Source: Promethearchaeota archaeon (lineage in GTDB: Archaea; Asgardarchaeota; Thorarchaeia; Thorarchaeales; Thorarchaeaceae). Taken from it: a stretch of 37,383 bases of DNA. Below are positions 1 to 9,448 of this stretch, piece by piece; the stretch's first letter is position 1; the number at the start of each line of letters is the position of its first letter. Position numbers and translations under genes: made by a program. The stretch spans positions 1 to 37,383 of the forward strand of contig WJMJ01000007.1 in the NCBI GenBank assembly GCA_014728035.1. Reading direction: 5' to 3'. The notes beneath the pieces are model-generated. The model was given only the letters and a program-made list of their open reading frames with translations, was not told the origin of the DNA and ran no database searches.

Positions 1-360
1 GAAACGGTACTGGAACTGGCTCGGTCCTGGTCAGGGATCCTGTGTCTGTAGACCAAATCTCTATTCCAGATCACTCCATATAAACTCCTATCAGATCTTG
101 TCCAACAATGTCCAAGTTTTCAGTAGCTGATTGCTACCCACTAGATCCGGTCACATAGAAATATAGCTCTGTCATATATCATCAGGACAGCGGCGGAAAA
201 TTAGAATATAAAAAAGTGATACGAAAGCAAAAGCATACGATATTGACAAAGCTATACATATGACTGGAAGTAATCAAAGCCAATAAATTTTCAAAATAGT
301 TAAATTATATCGATTACAGTTCTTCAAGTCTAGTAAACTAATTAGACGGAGAGGAAAGAT

Positions 361-3300
361 ATGACGCGCCATCCAATGGTAATTTTAACTATTCTGATTT
401 GTTGGAGTTTACTATTAAGTACACCAACAAATCACGTTGATTTCATTTCAGTGGACATTCAGCCAAAAGATCACATGCTTTCTGATGTGAATGGAGAAGG
501 CCCGATGTTATCAAATGGAATCTATAATTGGAATTTTGAACATGCTGATAATAATGAACGACCTGATGGTTGGGATATATCCGGATATGGATATACTCGA
601 GGGAATTTGACGGATACAGAATATACTCATACCGGATCATATGCAGTAAGTATGAAGTACGAAGCAGGGTATGCGTATGATGGATTTAGTCTAAATTTGA
701 ATTCAATACCTAACGATGTATTTGTGGATTCAGCAATGAATTTAACATTTTGGACCTATTATGATTCAATAAACTATGATGTCAATCAATATATTCGTTT
801 TCGTTTTCAAAATTCTACAGGCTATGTGTTCGACCTATACTATTTGTATTCAGCTGAAAGTTGGAGTCCAAATAATCTGACGTATGCTTCGTCCTCATAC
901 ACCTATTATGATGTATCTTATCTTATGATAGAATCACAATGGTGCGAGTTACATAGAAATCTCCATGAGGACCTTATATCTCAGCACCCAAGTCTTGATG
1001 ATTCGGTCGAATTATCTCAATTCTATTTCTATATGGAATCATATATTTCATCGAAGGGATTAAACCACGTATTCATTGATGACATATCAATTAACAACGG
1101 TACAGAACATATTCCAGAAGGAGGTTTTGAGGTCAATCCTCAATCATACTGGTATGTTAGTAATAATAATCATGATTTCGGATATATCACGTTAAGTAGT
1201 ACAAGAACAGAAGGTGACTATTCTGCAAATCTCACAGCACTATGTACGAATAATAGTACAACTTCTAATATAGAAATGTATTGGACCGAGAGTAACATTG
1301 ACGAAGTTTTTCCAGTAACCAAAGATGTATCCCCAGTGATAGAATTTGACTGGTATCTTGATATGCAGAGTTTATCAAATGACGTAAACCAATATGCTAG
1401 ATTTGAATTACGATTGTATAATTATAGTACAAGTACTCAATACTATCTCTATTATACAATGGCAACTGGTTCAGGAAATCTACAATCAATGAATAGCACA
1501 ACCACCAAGTATATGAAATTGAGTGGTTTCAATCAAACAGAAACTTGGCATCACTCAACCATTGATCTCTACAATGTGTGTGAAGAATTAGGATGGGGAA
1601 ACGTATCTCTTAGAAGGATGGAATTTCAAGTTTATTCAGGTTCTCAAGAGAACGCTCGAATATCGATGCTTGTTGATTCTTTTGACATGAACATATATCC
1701 AACTGCAAACCCAAGCTTCGATATAAGAATCAGTGATAATAATCAAATTAATTTCTGGGATCCAAGCGTCAGTAATAATCCAAGTCTCAATATAACAACT
1801 GATTCGTATTCTGGATTATATGCAGCAAATGTAACAGCAAGTTCTGGACAAAGTCATAACCTATTCAGAAATACATACATTCCAGTAACTCCAACACTGA
1901 CGACCGATATTCATTATCGGTTGGATAACCTCTATTATGGAGGGAGTAACTATGCAAGAGCATATCTCCTTATCAATTTCGACAATGGATTTTCTCTTAC
2001 ATATATGATAGCTTCAACTACTGATGTTACTGAAAGTTGGAATTCCACAACTAACCTCTACTACAAAGTAGATGGATATAACAATGCCAGTTCTACCTGG
2101 ACAAACATAGTTGAAAATATCTATGAAGATGCTCAGGAATTCGTTATAATGCCAGAATATATTGAGAATGTGTATCTTTATTCTACAGCATACGGAAGTT
2201 GTGAGGTTTCAGTACTCTGGGATGATGTTCATTTTGTTGTAGACCAGACCAATCCTACTGTGGATATTCAAAGTACTCCATCCGGAGTTAACTACCTGAC
2301 GTCTCCAACAGTTACTGCAACAGCAGATGACTCGTGGGCTGGAATTGACGAATTGCTTCTCCACTACAATGCTGGTTCTGGATGGGTAACCGTTTCAATG
2401 ATTGATGGAGGAAGTGAGTATTCTGGTCAGATACCTGCACAATCCTATTCTACTACTGTTGATTATTTTGTAGAAGCAATTGATAGAGAAGGAAATTCAG
2501 CAATCGATGATAATGGAGGGTCATATTATTCCTACACAGTAATTGATAATGTCGATCCCGAGATTGGATTTGATGACCCACTCTGGTATGGTCCTGCATC
2601 TGGAGATGTTGTAGTTAACGTATCAGCAGAAGACCCCGGAAGTGACATTGCTAGTCTTGAACTTCTAATCGATGACGTATCAGTGAAAAACTTCTCTTCA
2701 GAACCATATCAATATCTATGGGATACAAGAGCAGAAAGCAACGGAGAGCATGACGTAACACTTGTTGCTGAAGACAATGCAGGCAACTCAATATCTACTG
2801 AGATAACCGTGACAACCAATAATGATTTGTCAGGACCTGAAATTGCCTCAGTAGTTCTAACGCCTGACAATCCTGTATATGATCGAACTACTACAGTCAC
2901 AGCTGTAATAATCGAATCCAGTGGTCTTGAAAATATCTCATTGTACTACAATGTCGACACAATCGGTTGGAACCGCTTGGATATGGATTATATTGCTGAC
3001 ACTTCACAATATACTGCAACCATTCCGGAACAGGCTTGTGGTGCTGAAGTAGCTTATTACATTGAGGCTTTTGATGAATTGGGTCAGAGTACAATTACCC
3101 CTCAAGATAGTTATATCTCTGGAGACCCCTATATTCCATCAATATCCGTGAGCGGACCACTGATATCTAGCCCTGTTTCAGGAATAGTCAATTTCACCAT
3201 CATTGCAACAGACCAAGGTTGTGGTGTCAATGATATTGAGATATTTGTTGATGGTTCATCAGTCGCTTTCCATGCTGGAGAAAATTATGTATTCAACTGG

Positions 3301-3534
3301 AATACATTGGAACTTGAGAATGGCGAATACACCATCCGTTTTGTTGTGACTGATCATGCGGGGAATATGGCCTACTCGGAATTCGAGTATACTGTCAACA
3401 ACCCTCAAGGGCTCGATGGAATAACGGATGCGCTAAGTAATGTGTTGTCTGAATATGGTTTCTTCATCGGTGCTGGAACTGTTGTCTTGATATTTGTGAT
3501 AGCAAAACTGGTTGCGCGTCGTCGAAACAAATAA
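361..3534 (+). CDS. Large membrane-anchored surface glycoprotein: signal peptide, about 3 carbohydrate-binding-like beta-sandwich repeats, several Ig-like domains, C-terminal TM anchor
   Basis: N-terminal hydrophobic segment; repeats opening NWNFE/EGGFE/NPSFD; Ig-like motifs (YQYLWDTRAESNGEHDVTLVAEDNAGN, FNWNTLELENGEYTIRFVVTDHAGN); C-terminal TM followed by RRRNK; many N-x-S/T sequons. Confidence 0.8.
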   Translation: MTRHPMVILTILICWSLLLSTPTNHVDFISVDIQPKDHMLSDVNGEGPMLSNGIYNWNFEHADNNERPDGWDISGYGYTRGNLTDTEYTHTGSYAVSMKYEAGYAYDGFSLNLNSIPNDVFVDSAMNLTFWTYYDSINYDVNQYIRFRFQNSTGYVFDLYYLYSAESWSPNNLTYASSSYTYYDVSYLMIESQWCELHRNLHEDLISQHPSLDDSVELSQFYFYMESYISSKGLNHVFIDDISINNGTEHIPEGGFEVNPQSYWYVSNNNHDFGYITLSSTRTEGDYSANLTALCTNNSTTSNIEMYWTESNIDEVFPVTKDVSPVIEFDWYLDMQSLSNDVNQYARFELRLYNYSTSTQYYLYYTMATGSGNLQSMNSTTTKYMKLSGFNQTETWHHSTIDLYNVCEELGWGNVSLRRMEFQVYSGSQENARISMLVDSFDMNIYPTANPSFDIRISDNNQINFWDPSVSNNPSLNITTDSYSGLYAANVTASSGQSHNLFRNTYIPVTPTLTTDIHYRLDNLYYGGSNYARAYLLINFDNGFSLTYMIASTTDVTESWNSTTNLYYKVDGYNNASSTWTNIVENIYEDAQEFVIMPEYIENVYLYSTAYGSCEVSVLWDDVHFVVDQTNPTVDIQSTPSGVNYLTSPTVTATADDSWAGIDELLLHYNAGSGWVTVSMIDGGSEYSGQIPAQSYSTTVDYFVEAIDREGNSAIDDNGGSYYSYTVIDNVDPEIGFDDPLWYGPASGDVVVNVSAEDPGSDIASLELLIDDVSVKNFSSEPYQYLWDTRAESNGEHDVTLVAEDNAGNSISTEITVTTNNDLSGPEIASVVLTPDNPVYDRTTTVTAVIIESSGLENISLYYNVDTIGWNRLDMDYIADTSQYTATIPEQACGAEVAYYIEAFDELGQSTITPQDSYISGDPYIPSISVSGPLISSPVSGIVNFTIIATDQGCGVNDIEIFVDGSSVAFHAGENYVFNWNTLELENGEYTIRFVVTDHAGNMAYSEFEYTVNNPQGLDGITDALSNVLSEYGFFIGAGTVVLIFVIAKLVARRRNK

Positions 3535-3544
3535 CCAAAAATTG

Positions 3545-3583
3545 GTGCAGGTTGAATTCCAATCTGCACTTTTCTTATTTTTT
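3545..3583 (+). terminator. Hairpin plus T-tract terminator
   Basis: GTGCAGGTTG-AATTC-CAATCTGCAC followed by TTTTCTTATTTTTT, about 10 nt after the stop. Confidence 0.7.
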
Positions 3584-3633
3584 GAAATTCTAGTAGAAAA
3601 AGATAAGTTCAGGTACTATGACTATGTCATGGT

Positions 3634-4047
3634 GTGATTATGGACTCAAAAATAAGGATGAGATACAAGGAAAAAATTGCATATATTATTGAAAGCCTTG
3701 AAGAAGCAGAAGAATCCATGCCAAATCCTTCAGGTATAGTTCTAAAGGGAGTATACTTTGATTTGAGTACTGCTATCGAGTCAACAATGGATATAATAGC
3801 GATGTTATGCAAAGATTTTGGAATCATGCCTAGAGGTGATTATGAAAACATATCTGCATTGAGAGAAAAAAAATTCATTAATGAAGAATTAGCCGAGTCG
3901 CTTGCAAAATGTAACGGAATGCGAAATTTTATTGTACATCAGTATAATGGAATCAACAAAAAACTTGTACTCGATTCATTTTTCAAAGTCAAAAAGAACC
4001 TATTAAAATTCGTCAAAATCGTTGAGGCATCCTTTGATGAAAATTGA
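3634..4047 (+). CDS. HepT-like (DUF86) HEPN ribonuclease toxin
   Basis: RNFIVHQY fits the R-x4-H-x-Y HEPN motif; about 135 aa; overlaps an MNT gene; true start may be ATG 3640. Confidence 0.85.
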   Translation: MIMDSKIRMRYKEKIAYIIESLEEAEESMPNPSGIVLKGVYFDLSTAIESTMDIIAMLCKDFGIMPRGDYENISALREKKFINEELAESLAKCNGMRNFIVHQYNGINKKLVLDSFFKVKKNLLKFVKIVEASFDEN

Positions 4048-4417
4048 GGAGATAAAAAAAGATTTACAGATACTTGAAGAACATGAAGTTGTATTATTTG
4101 GTTCTTATGTTGATGGTACATACAATTCTCAATCTGATATTGATGTTGCAGTAATTACAAGGTTAAGAAATAGAAAACAAATGTTTGAGATGAAATTAGA
4201 ATACTCTGGAAAAGTCAAAAAGAAATATGATATTCAGATTTTTGAGATGCTCCCTATTGTTATTAAAGGTTCTATTTTAGAAGACCATCGAGTGCTTTTT
4301 GGTAACCCTCTGGAGATAGGTATGTATTTCTATTACGTTAGAAAAGAATGGGAGGATTTTCAACATAGAATGGAAATCCCAACGATTGCAGAGATTAGAA
4401 AGGGACTGCAAACATAG
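4037..4417 (+). CDS. Minimal nucleotidyltransferase (MntA-like antitoxin)
   Basis: LFGSY...SDIDVAV fits GS-x10-DxD; ATG 4037 overlaps the HEPN gene end. Confidence 0.85.
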   Translation: MKIEEIKKDLQILEEHEVVLFGSYVDGTYNSQSDIDVAVITRLRNRKQMFEMKLEYSGKVKKKYDIQIFEMLPIVIKGSILEDHRVLFGNPLEIGMYFYYVRKEWEDFQHRMEIPTIAEIRKGLQT

Positions 4418-4474
4418 GAAATAATCAGTATATAATTTTTTAAGAAGTTCAATGTTTATCATAATGATGATATT

Positions 4475-4942
4475 ATGAACACTCTTGTTGTGTATTACTC
4501 AAGAACTGGCAATAACAAGTCTATTGCTGAAATCATTGCAAAATCAATATCAGCTGACCTCGATGAGATTATTGATAAAAAGGACCGTAGTGGTGTATTA
4601 GGTTGGCTTAGAGCTGGAAAGGATTCAAAGAGCCAGAATGAAACAGAAATTGAATATAGCAAGAATCCACAAGAATATGACACCATAGTCATTGGTTCAC
4701 CCATATGGGCAGGAAATATCATTCCACCTCTCCGTACTTATCTTGAATCAGTAGATCTTTCTGGAAAACGAGTAGCTTTCTTCATCTGCTGTAAGACAGA
4801 AGGATACAATGAAATACTACCACAACTGAAAGAGATGACACCAGAAGCAATTCATATTGCTACGTATGGAATACAAGAGAAGACATTCAAAGAAGGAACC
4901 TTTGAAGAAGAATTACAGGATTTCATTTCGAAAATCCAATAA
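4475..4942 (+). CDS. Flavodoxin family protein
   Basis: VVYYSRTGNNKSIA FMN-phosphate loop; IGSPIWAG. Confidence 0.9.
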   Translation: MNTLVVYYSRTGNNKSIAEIIAKSISADLDEIIDKKDRSGVLGWLRAGKDSKSQNETEIEYSKNPQEYDTIVIGSPIWAGNIIPPLRTYLESVDLSGKRVAFFICCKTEGYNEILPQLKEMTPEAIHIATYGIQEKTFKEGTFEEELQDFISKIQ

Positions 4943-4967
4943 TTTGAATGTTCGTAATGGATCAATA

Positions 4968-5906
4968 TTAAGAGAATGATAATGAAACGATATCACCCTT
5001 TTTGTATGAATCGACCATAGCGCCATAATCTTCAGGAATGACAATAATTGGGGGTCTACCGTTAATTTCTTGATGTTTTGAAAATACATAGAACGAAAGA
5101 CCTCGTATCAGGTCTTCATCTAATCTGAATCTGATGTTTTGTTTTGTAGAGAATACATTAGCAAATTTCATACTATGTGACCCAGAGCTAATTAGAATAC
5201 TCCAGAGTCTAAATGAATTGCAAATTCCTTCTGATGATGGGAATATCATTGCTCCTTGCTTATAGTGAGGAAAGCCAATATCTATAATTCCAAAAGCATT
5301 CTCAGACTCTACACAGTGTCCAATCAATCCACTACCTGTACAAATATCGCCCTGATAACTAACTAACTTGATATTATCTTTCGAGACCTCTACAACCTCA
5401 CAAGTAATAGGCCAGCGCAATTCTCCACGTATTCTATCAAGTTGTACTGAAGGAATCTCAAGAGGATAAGATTGTGAAGACCTGATGAAATCTAAACGCT
5501 TCTGAACTTCAACATGGATATGTGGTCCTGTCCAGAAATTAAAATATCGAGAACGAATAGCAAATCCTAGATGTTCACCTTGTTCAACATATTCTCCAAT
5601 ATCAATATTAGGTTTACAATGTAGAATTCTGACAATATCTTCGTGGCCGTCTGGTTGAATTCCAATCGCGTAATCATGATCGGAAGTAGGGAATTCACGT
5701 TTTCTTCCCATGGTTAACTTTCTAATCTTAGTAACCTTTCCTGAAACTGGTGAAACAAATGATTCCTCCCATCTATTATGTGCTGAATAAATATCAATAG
5801 CACTGAATCTCCGATGCCCGATATACGGACTATTGAAGTAAGAAAAATACGAGTCTTCGGGCGCAAACAAATCAATACCGTGGGAACATCCTACAAGTCT
5901 CACCAA
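4968..5906 (-). CDS. Hypothetical protein with peptidase M23-like (duplicated hybrid) N-terminal domain
   Basis: GHRRFSAIDIY, SPVSGKV, ILHCKP, GEYVEQGEHLG and TGPHIHVEV parallel the M23 HxxxD and HxH motifs. Confidence 0.55.
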   Translation of the reverse strand: MVRLVGCSHGIDLFAPEDSYFSYFNSPYIGHRRFSAIDIYSAHNRWEESFVSPVSGKVTKIRKLTMGRKREFPTSDHDYAIGIQPDGHEDIVRILHCKPNIDIGEYVEQGEHLGFAIRSRYFNFWTGPHIHVEVQKRLDFIRSSQSYPLEIPSVQLDRIRGELRWPITCEVVEVSKDNIKLVSYQGDICTGSGLIGHCVESENAFGIIDIGFPHYKQGAMIFPSSEGICNSFRLWSILISSGSHSMKFANVFSTKQNIRFRLDEDLIRGLSFYVFSKHQEINGRPPIIVIPEDYGAMVDSYKKGDIVSLSFS

Positions 5907-5913
5907 AATCGCC

Positions 5914-6141
5914 TCAAAGACTCTTTTGGACGTACCACTTCATTATCCATAATCCAGAAATCAGAAACACTACCGTGAGCAATCCAGGAATCAATTCAAA
6001 CGTGAATATGAAGATCAGTAGAAAGACTATGGCAAATAATAATATTGAAATCGAGCAGCACATACCACAGCAAATACCAGGTGTTGGTTTTCTAGATGGC
6101 ATCTCAAATCCATTACCTGAACTTTGATATTTTACACTCAT
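5914..6141 (-). CDS. Small two-TM membrane protein with Cys-rich juxtamembrane segment
   Basis: ICCGMCCS followed by two hydrophobic helices; ends 7 nt before the next gene. Confidence 0.65.
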   Translation of the reverse strand: MSVKYQSSGNGFEMPSRKPTPGICCGMCCSISILLFAIVFLLIFIFTFELIPGLLTVVFLISGLWIMKWYVQKSL

Positions 6142-6223
6142 GATTTCTCAATATTCTTGTATCTATTAAGAATAACCGTTCAATTTTAGTTGGATAATCT
6201 TAGACACAGAGCGTGGAATAGCA

Positions 6224-6258
6224 ATAAAAGAAGAGGAGTATAGCATTTCTACACTCCT
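6224..6258 (-). terminator. Hairpin plus pyrimidine-tract terminator after GGR
   Basis: Minus strand AGGAGTGTAG-AAATG-CTATACTCCT then CTTCTTTTATT. Confidence 0.65.
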
Positions 6259-6265
6259 ATAGAAC

Positions 6266-7636
6266 TTAGATGTTTTTAGCTTCTTTGTAGATTGGCTCAA
6301 GTCTTGCTTTCCACTTATCAAGCCCTTTTGGAGAATCAGGATATTCTGAGTAAACTTCCTTGATTTCCTCCATCAGGTTTGCAATCTTCTGCACCCTTAA
6401 CAAGAGTGGAATCTTACCGATGCCAGAGAGTAATCTTTTGAACTTCTCACCCTTACCGATATTCATCTTACCTGTCATGCTTACGCTCAGAAGGTCGATT
6501 CCCTTCACGATTCCTTTCTCAAATGCAAAGTCAATCTCTTCATTTGTGACATTAAGTAAGAACCATCTGAATACATCAAGGGAAGCCTGTTTGATTCCAT
6601 AGCTTTCCATATAACGAGGATTATAAGCCCAAAGCCCATCTATCGAGGTGTCTCCTGTTTCAAGAGCTTCATGAGCTACTTCTCCAGCATGCACGCCTCC
6701 AAGCATAGAGGAACCAATGCCACCCCCATGAATCGGATTCACCTGACAAGCTGCGTCTCCAACAAGCATGAAATTATCATCGACCATTGTATCGATTGGT
6801 CGTCTAATTGGAGCGATACCGCCGCTGCTGTCGATCACCTTCAGGTCTGTCTTCATAAAGTCCCAATTTGGTACTACAAAATTCTCGAATATCTTCTTAG
6901 GATGGGTGTAACCTGGAATGGTCATAACTCCGAGACCGACATTCACTCTGTGTGGCCCTTGTGGAAATACCCATGTATAACCACCAAGAGTTGCCTCTTG
7001 ATTCCAATATATCTCGAGCATATCAGGGGTATCAAATTCATACTCAGGGGTTTCATATACATCTCTCCAAGCTACCATCTGGTCTTCCTTAGCTACGACC
7101 TTTTCTACTGGGGAACTTTCAGGTAGCTGTCTACGAAGCATCCCCGTTGCACCAGTAGCATCGATTACAATTTTAGATGTCAGATGTTTTTCATCACTAG
7201 TATCAGTCTGAATTGTTACTCCGGAGACTTTACCATCTTCAAATTGTAATTTCTTCACTCTAGTAGAAGCCAATACTTCAGCTCCAGCTTTTTCTGCTAA
7301 TTCCACGAACCATTGGCCCATTGCAAGACGGTTAAATGATACACCTCTAGTAGTAGGTCCAACCATGCTTATCTTATGCTCTCTATCTGGAGCATATAGA
7401 TCGAGACCTGCGACTTCATACTCAATTACATCCTTCGGTAAATCAGGAAGTCCGATCATATCTTTTAGTTCTTTGATATGATGACCACCAATTGCATCAC
7501 CACAAGTCTTGTCTCCAATTTTGTCTCGTTCTTTTCTGTCAATTAATAGGACTGAGTGTCCTTTTTGTGCTAGAGTAATAGCGGTGGTAGCTCCACCAGT
7601 TCCTGCTCCAGCTATTATTACTTCATAATCAGTCAT
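6266..7636 (-). CDS. Geranylgeranyl reductase family (digeranylgeranylglycerophospholipid reductase-like)
   Basis: GAGTGG FAD motif, KTCGDA, DATG, GGYTWVFP, LVGDAACQVNPIHGGGI. Confidence 0.9.
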   Translation of the reverse strand: MTDYEVIIAGAGTGGATTAITLAQKGHSVLLIDRKERDKIGDKTCGDAIGGHHIKELKDMIGLPDLPKDVIEYEVAGLDLYAPDREHKISMVGPTTRGVSFNRLAMGQWFVELAEKAGAEVLASTRVKKLQFEDGKVSGVTIQTDTSDEKHLTSKIVIDATGATGMLRRQLPESSPVEKVVAKEDQMVAWRDVYETPEYEFDTPDMLEIYWNQEATLGGYTWVFPQGPHRVNVGLGVMTIPGYTHPKKIFENFVVPNWDFMKTDLKVIDSSGGIAPIRRPIDTMVDDNFMLVGDAACQVNPIHGGGIGSSMLGGVHAGEVAHEALETGDTSIDGLWAYNPRYMESYGIKQASLDVFRWFLLNVTNEEIDFAFEKGIVKGIDLLSVSMTGKMNIGKGEKFKRLLSGIGKIPLLLRVQKIANLMEEIKEVYSEYPDSPKGLDKWKARLEPIYKEAKNI

Positions 7637-8372
7637 TATCTTCTCCTCTTGCTAATTGCCATGTTTGCTCAAGAAAACCCTCTAACTGCATTGAGATTAG
7701 TGCGTTGTCTGCCCAACCACAAATGGATAAATCAGGCATGGATATAAGAGCTTCCTCTGAGTCAACTACTAAATCAATTGCTAACGTATTTTCTTTAAGA
7801 CGTTGGTCCATTCGTAAATCTTCATCATTATACTTCTTACCAAGAATCGCTTTGATACTGATTCCCCGTGTTGACGCTGATTTCAATTCATTGACAATCT
7901 CATCTCCCAAAATGGAAATGCTTGGAGTCATCAAGGTGATTCTTGCTTTAGCTCTCTCTATCATACCTCTCATTTTCGCTTCCACTTCAGCCCTATCACG
8001 GATAGTAAAAACAAGAGTAGGCATGACTGTTTGATCTTCTCGTTCTTCTTGAACGCGCTCAAGATAATCAACGAGTTGAATAATTTTCCCCTGCATTGAA
8101 TCTTTCATATGTGATAGTGGGGCAAATTGGTAAATCTTTGGTCTGCCTTCTCGAACAATTACGAAATCTCTTGAAGCAAGACCATCGAGAACCGTGTACA
8201 AATTTGCGTGATGGATGCCAGTTTCTGTAGATAGCTCCGCTACGGTTGCTGTTACAACTCTATTCAGTGCTATAATCACTGATGCTTCATGGGCACCGAA
8301 TCCTAACTCTCTTAGAATAGAGGTAGCTCCAGAAATAGCATCATTAAGATTTTTTGAATCCATCAATTGCAC
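7629..8372 (-). CDS. TrmB family transcriptional regulator
   Basis: ELGFGAHEA...ELSTETGIH...LYTVLDGL...GRPKIY wHTH; C-terminal PLD-like effector domain (LVVDSEEALI); overlaps GGR start by 8 nt. Confidence 0.85.
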   Translation of the reverse strand: MQLMDSKNLNDAISGATSILRELGFGAHEASVIIALNRVVTATVAELSTETGIHHANLYTVLDGLASRDFVIVREGRPKIYQFAPLSHMKDSMQGKIIQLVDYLERVQEEREDQTVMPTLVFTIRDRAEVEAKMRGMIERAKARITLMTPSISILGDEIVNELKSASTRGISIKAILGKKYNDEDLRMDQRLKENTLAIDLVVDSEEALISMPDLSICGWADNALISMQLEGFLEQTWQLARGEDND

Positions 8373-8417
8373 GCATAATTTTATGTGTAATTACTACTTA
8401 TAATTATTTCTAACAAG

Positions 8418-9353
8418 CTACGGTTTGAATTCTTTTGAAAGTGCAAATGCGGTAAGAATGGATTTTACAATATCACGAGCTGCTATTGAAGCTTGTCCAG
8501 TCTTGTCTATCAAAGGATTTAGCTCTACCAAGTCAGCATAATTTGCTTTTCCAGTAGACCCACAGTGAACAAGAATTCTAACCAAGTCTTCAATGACGAG
8601 TCCACCTGATTCAGGATGCCCTATGCCAGTAAGAATCTCGGGTCTTAGAACATCTAAGTCAACTGAGATATAAAGAACATCAACTTTGATAGATATATCC
8701 GATATTTTAGAAAGTAATTCATCAATTGATTGAATGGGGCCAGTTGGATATAATTGCTCTCTCTGTTCTGGAAGAGCAGATCTCAAATCATAAGGTACAA
8801 CACAATCCAATTCAACAATACTATCATCTACTATTTTTCTTAGAGTCGTTGCATGAGAGAGATTGTATCCGCCCATATCTTCGTAATAATCAGCATGCGC
8901 ATCCAAATAGACAAGTCCAATTTTTTTTCCAGTCCCTTTTTTAATTCCTTTTACAAGAGGATAAGTTATGAAATGATCTCCACCTAGGAAAAGTAGTCTA
9001 CTTCCTATTTCAGAAAGTTTCTTTGATGCCTCCACTATATCATACATTGCTGATTCTGGTAATCTCCCAGTAACCTCCAGATCGCCGATATCTTCAAGAC
9101 TCAGTCTCTGTGAGAGTGCTTGTTCGTTGTAACAATCACCACCTGATAGTAGAGGGTAACTATGAGACCGTTCACTATCGGTAGCTGCACGTATCTTATC
9201 AGGAGCAAATCTACAACCCGGCATGTAACTTGAAGTCAAGTCATATGGAACACCCAAAATACCCACATCAGCATATCCAGTTTCAGGAGGTCTTATACCG
9301 AAGAAGCTTTTCTCTAGTTTAAGAAATCCATTGAGCTCATCCTTCAAAAACAT
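8418..9353 (-). CDS. Arginase/agmatinase family ureohydrolase
   Basis: GVPYD, GGDH, DAHAD, SVDLDVL, PESGG, VELNP motifs. Confidence 0.9.
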   Translation of the reverse strand: MFLKDELNGFLKLEKSFFGIRPPETGYADVGILGVPYDLTSSYMPGCRFAPDKIRAATDSERSHSYPLLSGGDCYNEQALSQRLSLEDIGDLEVTGRLPESAMYDIVEASKKLSEIGSRLLFLGGDHFITYPLVKGIKKGTGKKIGLVYLDAHADYYEDMGGYNLSHATTLRKIVDDSIVELDCVVPYDLRSALPEQREQLYPTGPIQSIDELLSKISDISIKVDVLYISVDLDVLRPEILTGIGHPESGGLVIEDLVRILVHCGSTGKANYADLVELNPLIDKTGQASIAARDIVKSILTAFALSKEFKP

Positions 9354-9403
9354 TAGAACACAAGAATATCTGATTTTTGTTAATTGATAAATATAATGAA
9401 ATG

Positions 9404-9438
9404 AAAAAAATAAGAAGAAGAGGCTCCAATAGGAGCCT
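9404..9438 (-). terminator. Hairpin plus T-tract terminator
   Basis: Minus strand AGGCTCC-TATT-GGAGCCT then CTTCTTCTTATTTTTTT. Confidence 0.7.
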
Positions 9439-9448
9439 ATTTCATTTT

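Noticed and set aside
1-175. Minus-strand frame MTELYFYVTGSSG*...ME*SGIEIW with in-frame TAG and TGA (possible recoding or pseudogene)
   Set aside because: Short, cut by the window edge, no recognisable family, and no SECIS- or Pyl-related evidence
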